Assembly: GCA_003344405.1 (NCBI GenBank)
Contig: NOWV01000209.1
Span: 62,001-126,000 of the forward strand
Source of the DNA: Trichoplax sp. H2
Taxonomy: Eukaryota
Direction: 5' to 3'
Length of the DNA: 64,000 nt
The notes under the pieces were generated by a model. That model saw nothing but the letters and a program-made list of their open reading frames with translations. It searched no databases and was not told where the DNA came from. Each line of letters starts with the position of its first letter. Within the stretch, counting starts at the first letter, position 1. Made by a program: the position numbers and the translations under genes. This document shows, one piece after another, positions 40,901 to 53,962 of the stretch.

Positions 40901-43900
40901 AAAACAATTAAACGATATCGACAATTTGGATTTTAAAAGGTAACGACAAACCTGCATCCATAACAAGCATTGTTAAAAAGAGTAGTTCCTTACTACCAGG
41001 AGCTACAATAATTTGGTCAGCAGAAAAATCGAGTCCATCATAGCGTTTATGGAAGCTAGCGATAGCATTACGTAATTGCTCAATACCTATTGAAAGAGAT
41101 AGCCAGTTGTAATTTATTTGAAATTGATTCTATAATTATTAGACATGAGCGATTTTATGATACAAATTTGATCAGACTGAATACAAAAATCCTATCGAAG
41201 TTAAGGTATCACACAGCTAATAACGACATTGATTGAATAATTATAAGATCCTGGCTAAGTTATAATTACTTTGCATACGCGCCCAATAGAAGAATGGATA
41301 AAGTAGCTGAGAATACTATAGTAACCGACGACTCTGACAATAATATAATCCTTGCCAACTTGTAATTACCTTGAATGTGCATGTATTAGGAGAATCGAAA
41401 AAGCAATTATGGATACGATAGTAATCGACGATGCTAACCATGCTTGCTAAGTTTAATGGCATGTGCGTATATAGTATGGTAACCTAAGAAGTAGCTGAGA
41501 TTACTACAGTTGCTGACGACGCTGATAATTATATAATGACATTATTTGTGCCAAGTTTACAATTACTTTGCGTACGTGTACACGAAGATGATTTATGAAG
41601 TAGCTTCCAACACTACTGCTAATGATGATGGTTATCCCTTGCCAAGACTCAAGAGATTGCTTTGTGAGCATTTATACGTACTTAGGATAATATAGCTGAG
41701 GATTCTGAGTTATATAACAAAGTCATAATGCTTGCTAAGCTAAGATGACCTAGCATGCGAGTCTATTTCTAATAATACGAGTATTTATTGACACTATATA
41801 TCCTTGAAAAACTTGGATACAGGTCTACAGGCTTGATAATACGAGCAATACCATGCATTACAAGTATCTGCAAAAAATCATATGCTATCTGAAATGATCA
41901 CTTTGAAGTACTCATTGTTGTGCAAGTGTTATTTTCAACCAGATGTAATAAAAACACTTATAGACATGATTAAATCACAGACTAAAAGGTAACTAGTTAC
42001 AGTAGCAGTAAATCTATAAAAATGATGGGAGTCGTTAAGAACAATATTGACTTATTCGTAGTAGAACAGCAGGTGCTTGTTTCAGCAGCAATAAACAGGT
42101 CAGGACAATCAATAGTAAAGCAGTCCAATGAAGATTTTATTACTACTATCTATTCTGGTAGCATTTGATCAAATAAAGTTGGTCAATGCCATTGGCAAGT
42201 AATCAATAACGAATATCATTACCATTTTGCCTAGCCATAAACTATTGTATACGAAGTAATCAAAACACCCTTATGTCAATAATATAGTACCACTTGAGCT
42301 CAGCCTATGAGTTTTAGTCATCAAATGAACTTGAATGCTTTTAATAATAAATATTTCGTGTAAATTGGCGGTATATTGCATCACATTTTAATTTTTTATT
42401 GACCTTTATGCATACGTAAAATCGACAATATGTTTTACTGTACAGTATGTACTGTAGTAGTGTGCGAAAGCCATTATTCTAACTTGTGAAATTAAATCAA
42501 TCGATTTTATTCCTTTTCTGTACAATCCCCCCCCCCAAAAAAATGACAAGAAATTATTCCAAGTCTATCAGCTTAAATAGATTCAATTGCTTAGTCAAGG
42601 TAGATCTCCATTTCTCAATAGTTACAACGCAATATTAGCGAAAGCACATATTGCATCTCCTCTTATTGGTACACTTTATAATTTCCATCCAGTTTTTACA
42701 ATTCAATCAAGCAATGACGTGATTAAAGTTGGTGGACTGAATTTTGAGCTGTTCAAATTCGTATAACTCTTTCTATCCCCATCTATTTTACGATTTCAGT
42801 AGTTAGTTGTATAGAGTCGGTATCCACGCGTACTAAATAAGCTAAATAGTTTGATATTTCGATAGCATTGCCGTGAAAAAATCGTCCCTTACGCGCATGA
42901 TTTAAATAAGCTTGCAGATTGAAAATTTCGATAGCGTTACAGTGGAAAAAATCATCATTTGCACACATGATTTAGGATCAGCTTCACAGCGAAAGAGTAA
43001 ACTTGCAGGGAAATGCTTCATGATTTGCATCTTGTTTTTTTAGTTGAATAATATCATGGATATTCAATTGAATTCTGAGCGAATTATAGGTTAAGTCATT
43101 TATCACATATCATGATCGGTTTATTATAATATAATTTATAATATTATTGGTATCCACCCATGTTGAATAAGCTACATACGTAGATCAAAGTTTACACATG
43201 GTTTAAATAGCGTTTGCAGCAGAAAAGAATCGACATGATGATTACATTCGTACAGTGTATGATTTAGATCAACTTGGACAGCAAGAGTGCAACCTTGCAC
43301 GGAGATGTTTCATGATTTTACATCGATTGCAGTATTATAAGTTCAAAGATATTGTAGATGATGGGGATGATGGAATTCTGAGCCAACTAAAAGTCTAGGC
43401 ATTCATCAAATCACAATCGATTAACAATGAAAAGTCGTAGCAGTTATGACGATAACTAGTCGTGTAAAATTGAAATCGACGTGTACTACCAATATCATGA
43501 CTTGTAAGAAATAAAAACATACAGTAGGTGTAATAAGTTTAAGTGATTTTTAAGGACAAGTCCGCTAGCATGAGACAACCTTGCCAATATCAAGAAATCA
43601 AATATGAATGCTCAACAAATTCAAGTTGAAGTAGTATTTAAGGAGAATTAAAGTAGTATTACAGTAATATTTAAAGTGGTGTTTAAGTCTCTTTCAACAT
43701 TGTAGCACCTATTCTATCATCATCGATTTGATCATATCATGTCGATAGCTAGCCTTATAAAATTGGCTATTGACGCAATTATGCCTACTATGAGTGTCTC
43801 TAATTCGATGTATCTATTATTAATTGAATATTATCCATGACCATCCGTCCACGAATGTACACAGTCTTACTATTGATGAAAATCGATGTAGGTATACTGT

Positions 43901-45002
43901 ATTGCATTGCTGCTTCTATGGCTATCTGTGGTCGATCGTTCATCCATTTGGCTTGTATTATTTCTGTTTAGCGAGAAAGAATTGACTACATCAGATTGCA
44001 TCGCCATTCTTCTTGATTCATTAATGATCATAGGAGTACCCTAGCTATCCGTCCTTTCGATAGTCGAATTATCTCACTATTGATGAGGATCGATTGGTCA
44101 CCCATTCATCCACTGCAGTAACTTGGACTACTCTCTCGATACAATTGAACTTGTATTACTTACATTGTTGATTATGGTAAGACGTGAGAAAGAGTAGGCA
44201 GTACTACATCAGATTGCATCCTCGATCTTCTCGATTGATCCTACGACCACTGCAGGTATCTGTTGTAGATGCAATGATGCAGTCGAACTGTCTTACAGCC
44301 TAGAGGGGCACATCTATGGATGAGGAGCGAACTACACTATGTTGTATCGGCTATCTGTGATCGATTGGTCAATAATGGTCATCCATTTATCCATGGAAAA
44401 TCCATTGCAGTAACTTTGACTACTCTCTCAATACAATTTGATTTGCATTATTTCCGTTCCGGTGAGAGAGTCCACTGCATTCTCGATTGGTCATCTATTT
44501 ATCCATGGAAAATCGATTGCAGTAACTTTGACTACTCTCCCAATACAATTTGATTTGCATTATTTCTGTTCCGGTGAGAGAGTCTACTGCATTCTCGTTC
44601 TACACTAGAATGAGAATATCTCGAAAGCAAATACGAGTACGTCGTCTACTCCACTTGTCTGTCATCGTTGGAGCTCGATACTTGGCCTACAACCCTATCA
44701 TTGCTGTCATGGACGGTTTTTTCACACTATTTGTTCACTCAACTCTACTCTCTCTCTCTCCACTACTGTACTCAAGCAAGATATTCCTTACCAGTAACGG
44801 CCAAATACTGGTTGGCACCAGCATATTGGCTTAACTTTTGGCAAAATTCTTTCATCACAGGAAAGGGCGATTGACCAAATCCGAAGTGATAAATATTCTT
44901 GCCTTCACTAATCATGCGTTTAATCTCTTCATTCAGCTGCAAATTGGATGCTGGTGCGTAATTTCTTAAATCAGCTCGAGTCAGTGGTGGCGACTTGTCC
45001 AT
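37904..45002 (-). CDS. PLP-dependent aminotransferase class I/II (aspartate aminotransferase-like), 14 exons
   Basis: Exon 1 (44792-45002) ...YHFGFGQSPFPV...Y..VTG; then GIEQLRNAIA...IIVAPGSKELLF, PSPTWTTY, CNPDNPTG, VLSDEIY, SGLSKWASLGGWRVGY (PLP lysine), GGFYMLPDF, VRLCYIDFDG; last exon AIVDWVKSYL* with stop at 37904-37906. Intron 1 is ~3.7 kb. Confidence 0.93.
44380..44598. repeat. Two-copy ~111-bp duplication in aminotransferase intron 1, with older copies back to ~43860
   Basis: atttatccatggaaaatc.attgcagtaactttgactactctc.caatacaatttgatttgcattattt occurs twice. Confidence 0.85.
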
Positions 45003-45155
45003 CTTTCCATTAAGATTGGGCGATCTTGTAAACGATGCAAATCAATCAATGAATTAATCCAACACTTCCCAAATGGCGCTGGCCAACATTCAAAGTTATT
45101 TGATGATCAAGCTGCCGACGGATACGATTCTTATAGGCGATGGCCACAGCTGATG

Positions 45156-45270
45156 GCTTGGCCAACGAGGTTTAATGCGCATCCTCCAACACGCCATCGC
45201 CCCCTGTAACTGTAACTTGCAAGGGGCGATGGCGTGTTGGAGGATGCGCATCAAACCTCCTTTGCCAAGC
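45156..45270. repeat. GC-rich long inverted repeat (hairpin), ~48-bp arms
   Basis: gcttggccaacgaggtttaatgcgcatcctccaacacgccatcgcccc ... ggggcgatggcgtgttggaggatgcgcatcaaacctcctttgccaagc; 3 mismatches. Confidence 0.95.
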
Positions 45271-45321
45271 TCTAGTCCATACTTCTGTCGTTCGGTATAC
45301 TTGGCGTGAAATGGCGTTCAT

Positions 45322-46150
45322 CGTAGAAAGATTGCATAAATGGAGAACTTGCAGTTTCAAAGGGCTGTAAATCATGGATAAAACTGGCATAAATCGAGAT
45401 GTAGCAGTTTCAAAGGGCTGTAAATCATGGATAAAACTGGCATAAATCGAGATGTAGCAGTTTCAAAGGGCTGTAAATCATGGATAAAACTGGCATAAAT
45501 CGAGATTACAGTTGCAGTTTCAAAGGGCTGTAAATCATGGATAAAACTGGCATAAATCGAGATGTAGCAGTTTCAAAGGGTTGTAAATCATGGATAAAAC
45601 TAGCATAAAATTACAGTATAATGTCGTAGAAAGACTGCATAAATCGAGAACTTGCAGTTTAAAAGGGCTGTAAATCATAAATAAAACTGGCATAAATCGA
45701 GATCTTGCAGTTTAAAAGGGCTGTAAATCATGGATAAAACTAGCATAAAATTACAGTATAATGTCGTAGAAAGACCGCTGAAATGGAGAACTTGCAGTTT
45801 CAAAGGGATGTAAATTATGGATAAAACTGGCATAAATCGAGATCTTGCAGTTTCAAAGGGCTGTAAATCATGGATAAAACTAGCATAAAATTACAGTATA
45901 ATGTCGTAGAAAGCTTGCATAAATCGAGATCTTGCAGTTTACAAGGGCTGTAAATCATGGATAAAACTGGCATAAATCGAGAACTTGCAGTTTCAAAGGG
46001 CTGCAAATCATGGATAAAGCTAGCATAAAATTACAGTATAATGTCGTAGAAAGACTGCATAAATGGAGAACTTGCAGTTTAAAAGGGCTGTAAATCATAA
46101 ATAAAACTAGCATAAAATTACAGCATAATGTCGTAGACAGATTGCTGAAA
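45322..46150. repeat. Minisatellite of mixed ~53-bp and ~89-bp units
   Basis: gcagtttcaaagggctgtaaatcatggataaaactggcataaatcgaga repeated; longer units add aaattacagtataatgtcgtagaaag. Confidence 0.96.
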
Positions 46151-46643
46151 TGGATAACATCTTCTGAAACCAGCTTTAAACTAGGCTATAAAATATCCTT
46201 GAATGTATCATTCCAACTTTATAACATGACTTCATTGATACATTTATTTATATTTATCTAGGCGTATTTCATTGCATAATCAATCCTCTCTCTTCATACG
46301 AATATCGAGTAAATCACTCACAAGGTCCAGTATCCAAATTACATATACAATTGACGCTGCCATTTCTTCTAATAATATGATGTTATACATACTGTACGTC
46401 GTAGAGAGTATAGACGATCAGAAAAGTCCATCTCTAACAATCTAGAGTGCATTCAATGAACACTTGCATTTCTTATTATCGATGATATTACATATCATAG
46501 AGAGAGAGAGAGAGATGACCGGTTCAAAATGTACATTTCTAGCCATCTCAAGCGACATCCGCATATTCAATCAATACTGCCATTTGCTATAAAGATAAAG
46601 ATATTGTTCTGCCTGTTTTCGATCATATCCTAATACGCAACAG

Positions 46644-47098
46644 CTATGTGAGGATAACAGAAAGACGTGCTAAAATGGCGAATGTTTAGGGTCTTTATGC
46701 TTACGATAGGGTCGTCAGGTATGCGAGTGTCAAGTGAAGGAGAAATGTTGACCTCGATGCTGTTGGAATGAAAATGCAAAGACTTGTCAAAGTATTTCCG
46801 ACTATTCAAAATATGGAAAGTTGCCTAACATGTACAAGCCAGAAGGAAGCGACTTTAGAAATGGTAGTAAAATTTGCAATTGGGATGGACATTGTATACC
46901 TGCAGTTGGAATTAGAGTTACTGTAGTTTTATCGCTATACTTTTGCCTAAGTTATTGCGGTATTTAGGTAAAGCTCTTTTGGCAGCTATGTTGGTATTCT
47001 TTGTTGCTAGCCTCTTCATTGACTACCTGTTATAAAATGTATCTTTCTTTTCCGTCTTACTGTTTATCATGTCTCTCTGTTTTGGATATTTCCTTAAT
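46644..47098 (+). pseudogene. Disabled 3' fragment of the ADAM gene (Cys-rich and membrane region)
   Basis: Colinear with ~55592-56042; in-frame stops TAA 46671, TAG 46707 and TGA 46749 replace CAA, TAT and TGC. Confidence 0.92.
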
Positions 47099-47638
47099 GA
47101 ATCAATTATTTTACTGGTTATTTTAACAGTGTCGCATGTCTGTAACGGTATATTATGCTGGACTGTTTGCAATTAGTATCCAAATTAGCTGCCATTAGCC
47201 TGCTGAGTTAGTTTTGTGCAATATGATAAACGGGTTCATCGGTATCGTATAGTGGAATGATCGATAAAAGGATAAGTTTGAACATTATTTTGCATGGAAG
47301 GCTGTCCAGTATTTCTTTCTTTTTAGTAGTCTTTTAATGTGTTATCATAAGACAAGGTAATGAATTACTAAAATAAGGGTATTCTACGTTATTACGGCTA
47401 TACGATTAAAATGCAGCCAATCCTAAATAAAAAGAGAATTTTTAGCAAGCATACTAGGCGGAGTGTATCAAGTCCCTGGTGCCAACGTTAACGACTAAAA
47501 ATGGAAACACAACGGATAGAAGCCATTGTCAAGATACACTATTTACAGTCATGGACAACTAGAAGAAGACCTGGACTGATCACTCTAGACGCACAGACAC
47601 TTTTGCTCTCATCTCGTTCAAATATTATGCCAAACAGT

Positions 47639-48095
47639 TCGTTATGACAGTACTTTAGCTTGGAGACGATTTATTCATACTAGTGCAAACTCCCGTCGCT
47701 TTACTAACGGTTTACGATAATGTGCTCATTTAACAGAGGTTCAGTAACTTTATATTGGAAACAGTTCTATATAAGATCGTCGATGTTATTGAAATGAGTA
47801 CCAGTGATTGAGAAAACAGACATGGAAAATCCATCCAAAGTAATTATTTTTCAACTATTCCAATATTATGTCAAACGCCTCGTTATGACAGTACTATCCT
47901 ATACTTTAGTATGGAGACGATCGATATTCAATGGACTAATTTTTTCTAAATGAAGATTACGTTGAATCTTATTATCGGTTACTAAGTTCTGCTTGGAAAC
48001 AGTTCTATATAAGATCGTCGATGTTATTGAAATGAGTACCAGTGATTGAGAAAACAGACACGGAAGATCGATCCTAAGTAAATCATTTTTCGATA
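47639..48095. repeat. Two-copy ~241-bp duplication
   Basis: cgttatgacagtact and ttggaaacagttctatataagatcgtcgatgttattgaaatgagtaccagtgattgagaaaacagaca each occur twice. Confidence 0.9.
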
Positions 48096-48864
48096 TTGAC
48101 GGCCTCATTTGGTCAGAAAAGTCTATCTGTCTTCGAGGAACTGAGCCAGTGACCAAGTTCTGTCTAGCGTACTATACATATACAGTACACTATTTTCACT
48201 ACCCTATTCTGCTTAGAAATGAAACTATAGTACCAAGTAGGAGCAGGATTTCGTGACGGATATCATCCAAAAAATAGAAATAGGACTAAATGGACAGCGA
48301 TGGTTGAGGCCTATCCTTTTTTCGGCCATGCTCCTACACTATTGTACACTAAATGTACAGTCGAGTAATATTATTGATCAGCGTGAGTCGTTTTTTCCTA
48401 GAGTGGATAAAATGAAATAAAAGGATGACATTTCAATCCATTGGACTAACATTTTTTATCGGTACATAGCATCTGAGTCAATGAGATCTTCATCTATCCA
48501 CACGTATGAAATTTGAAAGAATCAGGTCGGCCCAGAGAGATTTTTGAATCTCTGATTGATCTGAAAAGAAAGGACTCTCACTCATATACACAGTACTGTA
48601 CAGGGCACAGTCATCACCCGGTTTAAAAGCGTTTTGATGCCTTTCAAGAAAGGCTTAGAACGATAATGAAGGATGTTAAAGGGTTAATTGTCGCCACGTT
48701 TGCGACAATTAAGCATGTATGATGTGTTCCAAAAAAAATAGCAGAGTTGAAACGTTAATTTTGGGTTTCTTTTTGCGTACTTAAAAAAATCGCACTATAT
48801 TCCGTGAAATTTCGACAGATTTTGCTAGTAGGTCTACTGAACGTATATCAATAGTGTAGACTGA

Positions 48865-49545
48865 GTACATTCACCATGGAATTTAGTGATCCTCGCCAAA
48901 TCGCTGCTATTTTTATTCATAAATCGTATATGAATACTGTATTCCAATCGCAGCCATTTTTATTCATCGTATAGGAATACTATATATATATATGTTACGG
49001 CCAAAAGCCGAAGTTTGGTCAATACGCGTAATGACCGGCTATATTACTCTAGATGCACCATGGAATTGAGTGGCCCAATGCCGATCGATGCTATTTTTTT
49101 TTCATCGTATATGAATAGTGTATAGGATATATTTGCGCTACTTATAGTCCTGTCCAATCCAATCCCATGGACTGCTCTAAAATTAGTGTAGATGCATCGT
49201 GGAATGGAGTGGTCCATGCTAAATTGCTGCTAGTTTTATGAATCGTACTAGCTCATTTCGCGCCACCTGGCTGGCGCTTGTACTGACATTAACGCGTTGA
49301 CCATTATTTATTGAAACGTTACTCTTCATTTTAATATTAATTCATAGCATGCTATTTGTAATCGTCAAATTTTACCCGTCCAAACCCATGGACTACTGTA
49401 GATGCACCATGGCATTGAATGGTCCATGCTAAATCGCTGCTAGTTTTATGAATCGTACTAGCTCATTTCGCACCACCTGGCTGGCGCTTGTACTGACATT
49501 AACCCATCGACTACTCTAGATGCACCATGGAATTGAATGGTCTAA
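48865..49545. repeat. Degenerate tandem repeat, about 5 units
   Basis: tagatgcaccatggaattga.tggtcc core recurs; atgaatcgtactagctcatttcgc.ccacctggctggcgcttgtactgacattaac occurs twice. Confidence 0.8.
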
Positions 49546-50747
49546 TTATAGTAACTAGTGGTTATCATTTTAATGGTAATTTGGGTGGCGTTATATTAAT
49601 TTTCCTTCATTTTAATTATATTATTTATAGTAAAGAATGCGGAAGTCCAGCAGGTTCGCAGTATGCATGCAAAAAATTGTACGGATGTGCATACTGCGAA
49701 CTTGCTGTACTTTCGCATTCTTTATATTGATTTCTATAATTCTATTCATTCTAATATTTGTACAGTAGATGTCATGTTCCAAAACAGACACAGTCCCGTC
49801 ATACAGTACAGTATATTGTAATTGCATCAAGAAAATATTTTAAATTCTTTCTTTTATGCGCCAATCGATCTACAGCATTCCTACTAAAACATTTTAGCAT
49901 TAATTAATAAAGTCTCAACATCTTGATCAAATATTGGTAGCACTATCCTGCGTGAGTATTATTCGTTGAGCTTATTATAATGAACTATTGACATTGATTG
50001 TATAATAGCATCAACCACTCTCATCTAGGATAGTGTAGGTTGTGATATTATACAACACCAGTTGAAATACGATACTACTCTATTGCCATAACAGAAGTAC
50101 TGTATTTGAATGCCATGAACATGACTACATTTGAATTATTGCGCCATCTTTTAATCTATTCTCTACTTTCTTCTTAATATTGTCAAATGGGATTGTAGAT
50201 ATTTTCCTTTCATTCATTATCGAGACTGGCTGCAACTAGAGTTGGCTATGACCTATGGATGAAAACGCATTCAGATAATATTATATCGTAACTCTGAAAT
50301 GTCTCCCCTTCATTCTTATCAACAGTCATAGCAAATGCTAGCCTAACTGCAAATCGATAGCGTACTAACTGAAATGATAGAAAGGAACCGTTATTTCATT
50401 TTATTATATTATAATGAGCAGTCTACTATACAAATATTACAATCATGCCATTTGAGATTCTCCAACATTCTCAATTTGTATTAATAAATTAATGAACTAA
50501 TCCGATTGTAGGAGTGTACTTGCAGTACTACCATTCTTATTCACAAGAACATCCAAAGCCAATTCATACACTTGAGTTACAGTAGTAAAATTACTGTACG
50601 TGTACAGTATAGTATAGCACCAGTGAATTACCAAATCAACAAGTCAGTAATTTATTTTTAATCGGAATTTACTATTGTTAAAAGTAATGAGTCAGCTATT
50701 TATTTATAGTAAAATAATTAACTTAAGCTCATCAGATGGTATAAAAG

Positions 50748-51281
50748 ATGTTGCAATCACTGAAATCGACACAACGTGTAGAATCGGATTTTGTTACTGG
50801 CAGCACTATGGCAAACTATGAATCAAAAATTGTACCATTAACATTAACTGCAAACGATGAACCAGCAATTGTACAATTAACTGTTCAGGAATTTGAAGAC
50901 ACATTAAGAGAAATAGGAAATGGTTACCAATACTATTACATCGGTATCGCAGAATTTCATGATGATCTTGAAACATCATTGAAAATTCGCGGTATAGGAG
51001 ACGGGCATCATTGCGATGGAAAAATGGGTAAGAAACCGAGAGTTATTTATGGCACTGGCAAACTAACCAAAGAACGTGGATGCCAATTGGAATTGAAATC
51101 AATCGAAGAACATCGTAAAAACAAATATTGCTTGAACGAGAAATCCTCTTCCGAGACTACAGCAACACATGTAGTCTGCTATATTCGAGTTTACAATAGC
51201 CAATCTTCAAAACCAATAGAGACGGATAGAAGCTATAATTTCCAGCCAGAAAAATACCCTAGCTACTGTGAACGACTATAA
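50748..51281 (+). CDS. Single-exon 177-aa protein of unknown function, GIY-YIG-like residue pattern
   Basis: 534-bp open frame in stop-rich AT DNA with globular composition; YYYIG...R...H...LE...N...CY; possible second start Met21; AATAAA at 51645. Confidence 0.7.
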   Translation: MLQSLKSTQRVESDFVTGSTMANYESKIVPLTLTANDEPAIVQLTVQEFEDTLREIGNGYQYYYIGIAEFHDDLETSLKIRGIGDGHHCDGKMGKKPRVIYGTGKLTKERGCQLELKSIEEHRKNKYCLNEKSSSETTATHVVCYIRVYNSQSSKPIETDRSYNFQPEKYPSYCERL

Positions 51282-53962
51282 AACAAAAATTTGTATGACA
51301 GACTAGTTTTCAGCTATTTCAATACTTTCTGACATTTCTATCTTCAAGGTTCATCAATCAGTAATCGTATTTTTATTAATGAACTAATTAAAGCGTCGAT
51401 TTCATCAACTGTAATATTTGATGTAAATCGAACGTCAAATCGTCTACAACTTAGGGCATATGCATCGTGCGTAATATTGCATATTGAGGCATGTATTAGC
51501 AATTTTAGATGTTGAATTGTCGTCTTTGTGTTATTAAAGTAAGATTTTATCCTAGTATCACTACAGCTCTAAATGTCGTTGATAAGCTAATTAATTTACA
51601 CTTGGAACATTTCGTAATCTACTCTTTCTGTTCAAGCTATTTCAAATAAAATAAAGCGTCGGTTTACATAGATCACATTGAAGTCAAAATGAATGAAAAC
51701 TTGGTATTTAGTAATTTATTATTTTATCACATCCTGTGATAAAATATCGTTCTTTTGAAAGTTCGCATTTATGTAAGACTAAGCAAATATCTTCACTCAT
51801 AAAAAGTTCATTCTTGGTAAAATACCTTTAGTCTATAGTCTGCAGGTGTGTGGAGTCTAGTTCTTTTCGTTCTATCCGTTTATTATAATGTATTTTATCG
51901 AACTAGTACATTACACGTTCAAATAAACTGCAATATAATCAGCACAAAGTAATGAATAGATTTTAAAAAATTGCATTCTAAACCACAAATGTTATCTTAT
52001 AAAATTGCATAGAACTACAACATTCGAATATAAAGTGATAATTCATGATGTTATAAAACCGATACAAAATTGCACATCTCATAAAGTCAGCATAAACAAC
52101 AATCAAGTCGTAAAGCCAATATAAAACTCTAAATTACTTATAGCGAGCCTATAAAGTAATTTCTATGAATTTATTGGCTGTAGTAGACTCATGAATCGTC
52201 AAAGAACTTTCTTTAGTACACTAATAATACATCATCTACTTTAAATTGATATCCTACAACAAATTGCATTGCCTATTAATGGCTAAAACATGATAGCAGT
52301 GCTAGAAATTGAGTGAGAGTGCACTGGAAGACTATCGAGACCTTGGATATTCCTAGCACTTGCGATCATATGTCATATGCGACCACCTTCGACTTTCGTT
52401 AGAATATAAAGTCTAAACATGTCTATGAATATGTAATCTACCATGAGATATAGCGTTCAGTTTGTTGTATGACATATGTAATATATGTCGAAACTCTCAA
52501 CTTTCCCTAATCCGTACTTTCATAGTGCTACTACGTCTTACAGATATCAATAAACAAGGCAGGATAAAATGTTCATGAAATTGAATATAGACTCTGTTTA
52601 GTGTCCTTCATTCAGATAGGATACCTCCAACAACGGTGGGTAGTTTACATCACTAACCAAACCCGCATTCTATGCCGTACGAAATGTTTGCTCACATCAT
52701 TCCAATTATTGACACTGGTTATGCTTAATTTATTTATGCTAATATTGTTGAACGCATCCTTCGAACTTTATAGAGAGACTGAATTTATGTCCACCCTTCA
52801 TGGAGCTCGTCAATAACGATACCATATTTGTGCTTATTTTTGGCGATGCTAGTATTTATAGAATTGCTATGGCATGATCCTAAAGAATTAGTACGCTTCA
52901 GTCTATTAATAGTATAGCCTAATAAGAAATAATTATCGCTCAAATAAACAAAAAAATGTTCAAATTACACGTAAAACTTACGCTGCCATTTCTTCTAATG
53001 ATTAGATGCTACACTGTATGTCGTCGAGAGAGTATAGACTATTAGAAAAGTGCATCTCCAACAATCTAGAGTTCTCTAGAGTGCATTCAATGAACACTAA
53101 AATGACATTCTGTGCTACCTAGGATATATTCAATCAATACTGCCATTTCCTATCAAGATTATTATACAGTATGTTGTATCCCATATACGGGCTAAGAGAA
53201 GAGTGCATGTCTAACAATCCACCGTTACATAAAGTACATTCAACAAACATTAATCATTTCTCTTTTATGTTATATCGCATGCACTGATCTCTAGGAAAAG
53301 ACATTTCTAGCAATCTAGAGTTATATCGAGAACATCCAACATGCATTGTCGTTTCTTATAATGGCCATATGTTGCGTCGTCGCTGTAGACTACAAGTAAT
53401 CTAAAGTTGTACGTATATAGTATATCCGGTAAACACTGCCATTTCCGATAATCATGATTTGCTATATGGTAGATCCAGACTACTAGAAGCATATTTCTAG
53501 TAATCTAGCATACATAGATGCATATATAGAACATTCTCGTCAATACTAGCATTTCCTATCTTGATTTAAACATGATTTCAAAGCTACAGGCTACTGGAAA
53601 GGATATTTCCAACAATCTAAAGTTATATATAGTGCGTTTAAATAAAAACGGCATTTCCTACCATGATTAAGTGTTATTGCGTAACCGTAGGCTACTAGTA
53701 AAGTACATTTCTAGCAGTCTAGAATTAAATATAGAACATCTGATTCTATTTTTTACAGTAGAAACGAAATTTCTGGACGTCATCGTAACTAAAATAGCAA
53801 TAGCAACAACCCAATATTGACGGAATTACTTCAACAGAGCAAAGAATTGAAAAGTTTATATATACATCCACATAGTAAATTGAACAATTTTTATGATTTC
53901 GTAAGTGAAGACAGAAACGAGTAGAATTATCCAAAGTAAAGAGTAGACAACCACAATTTACA

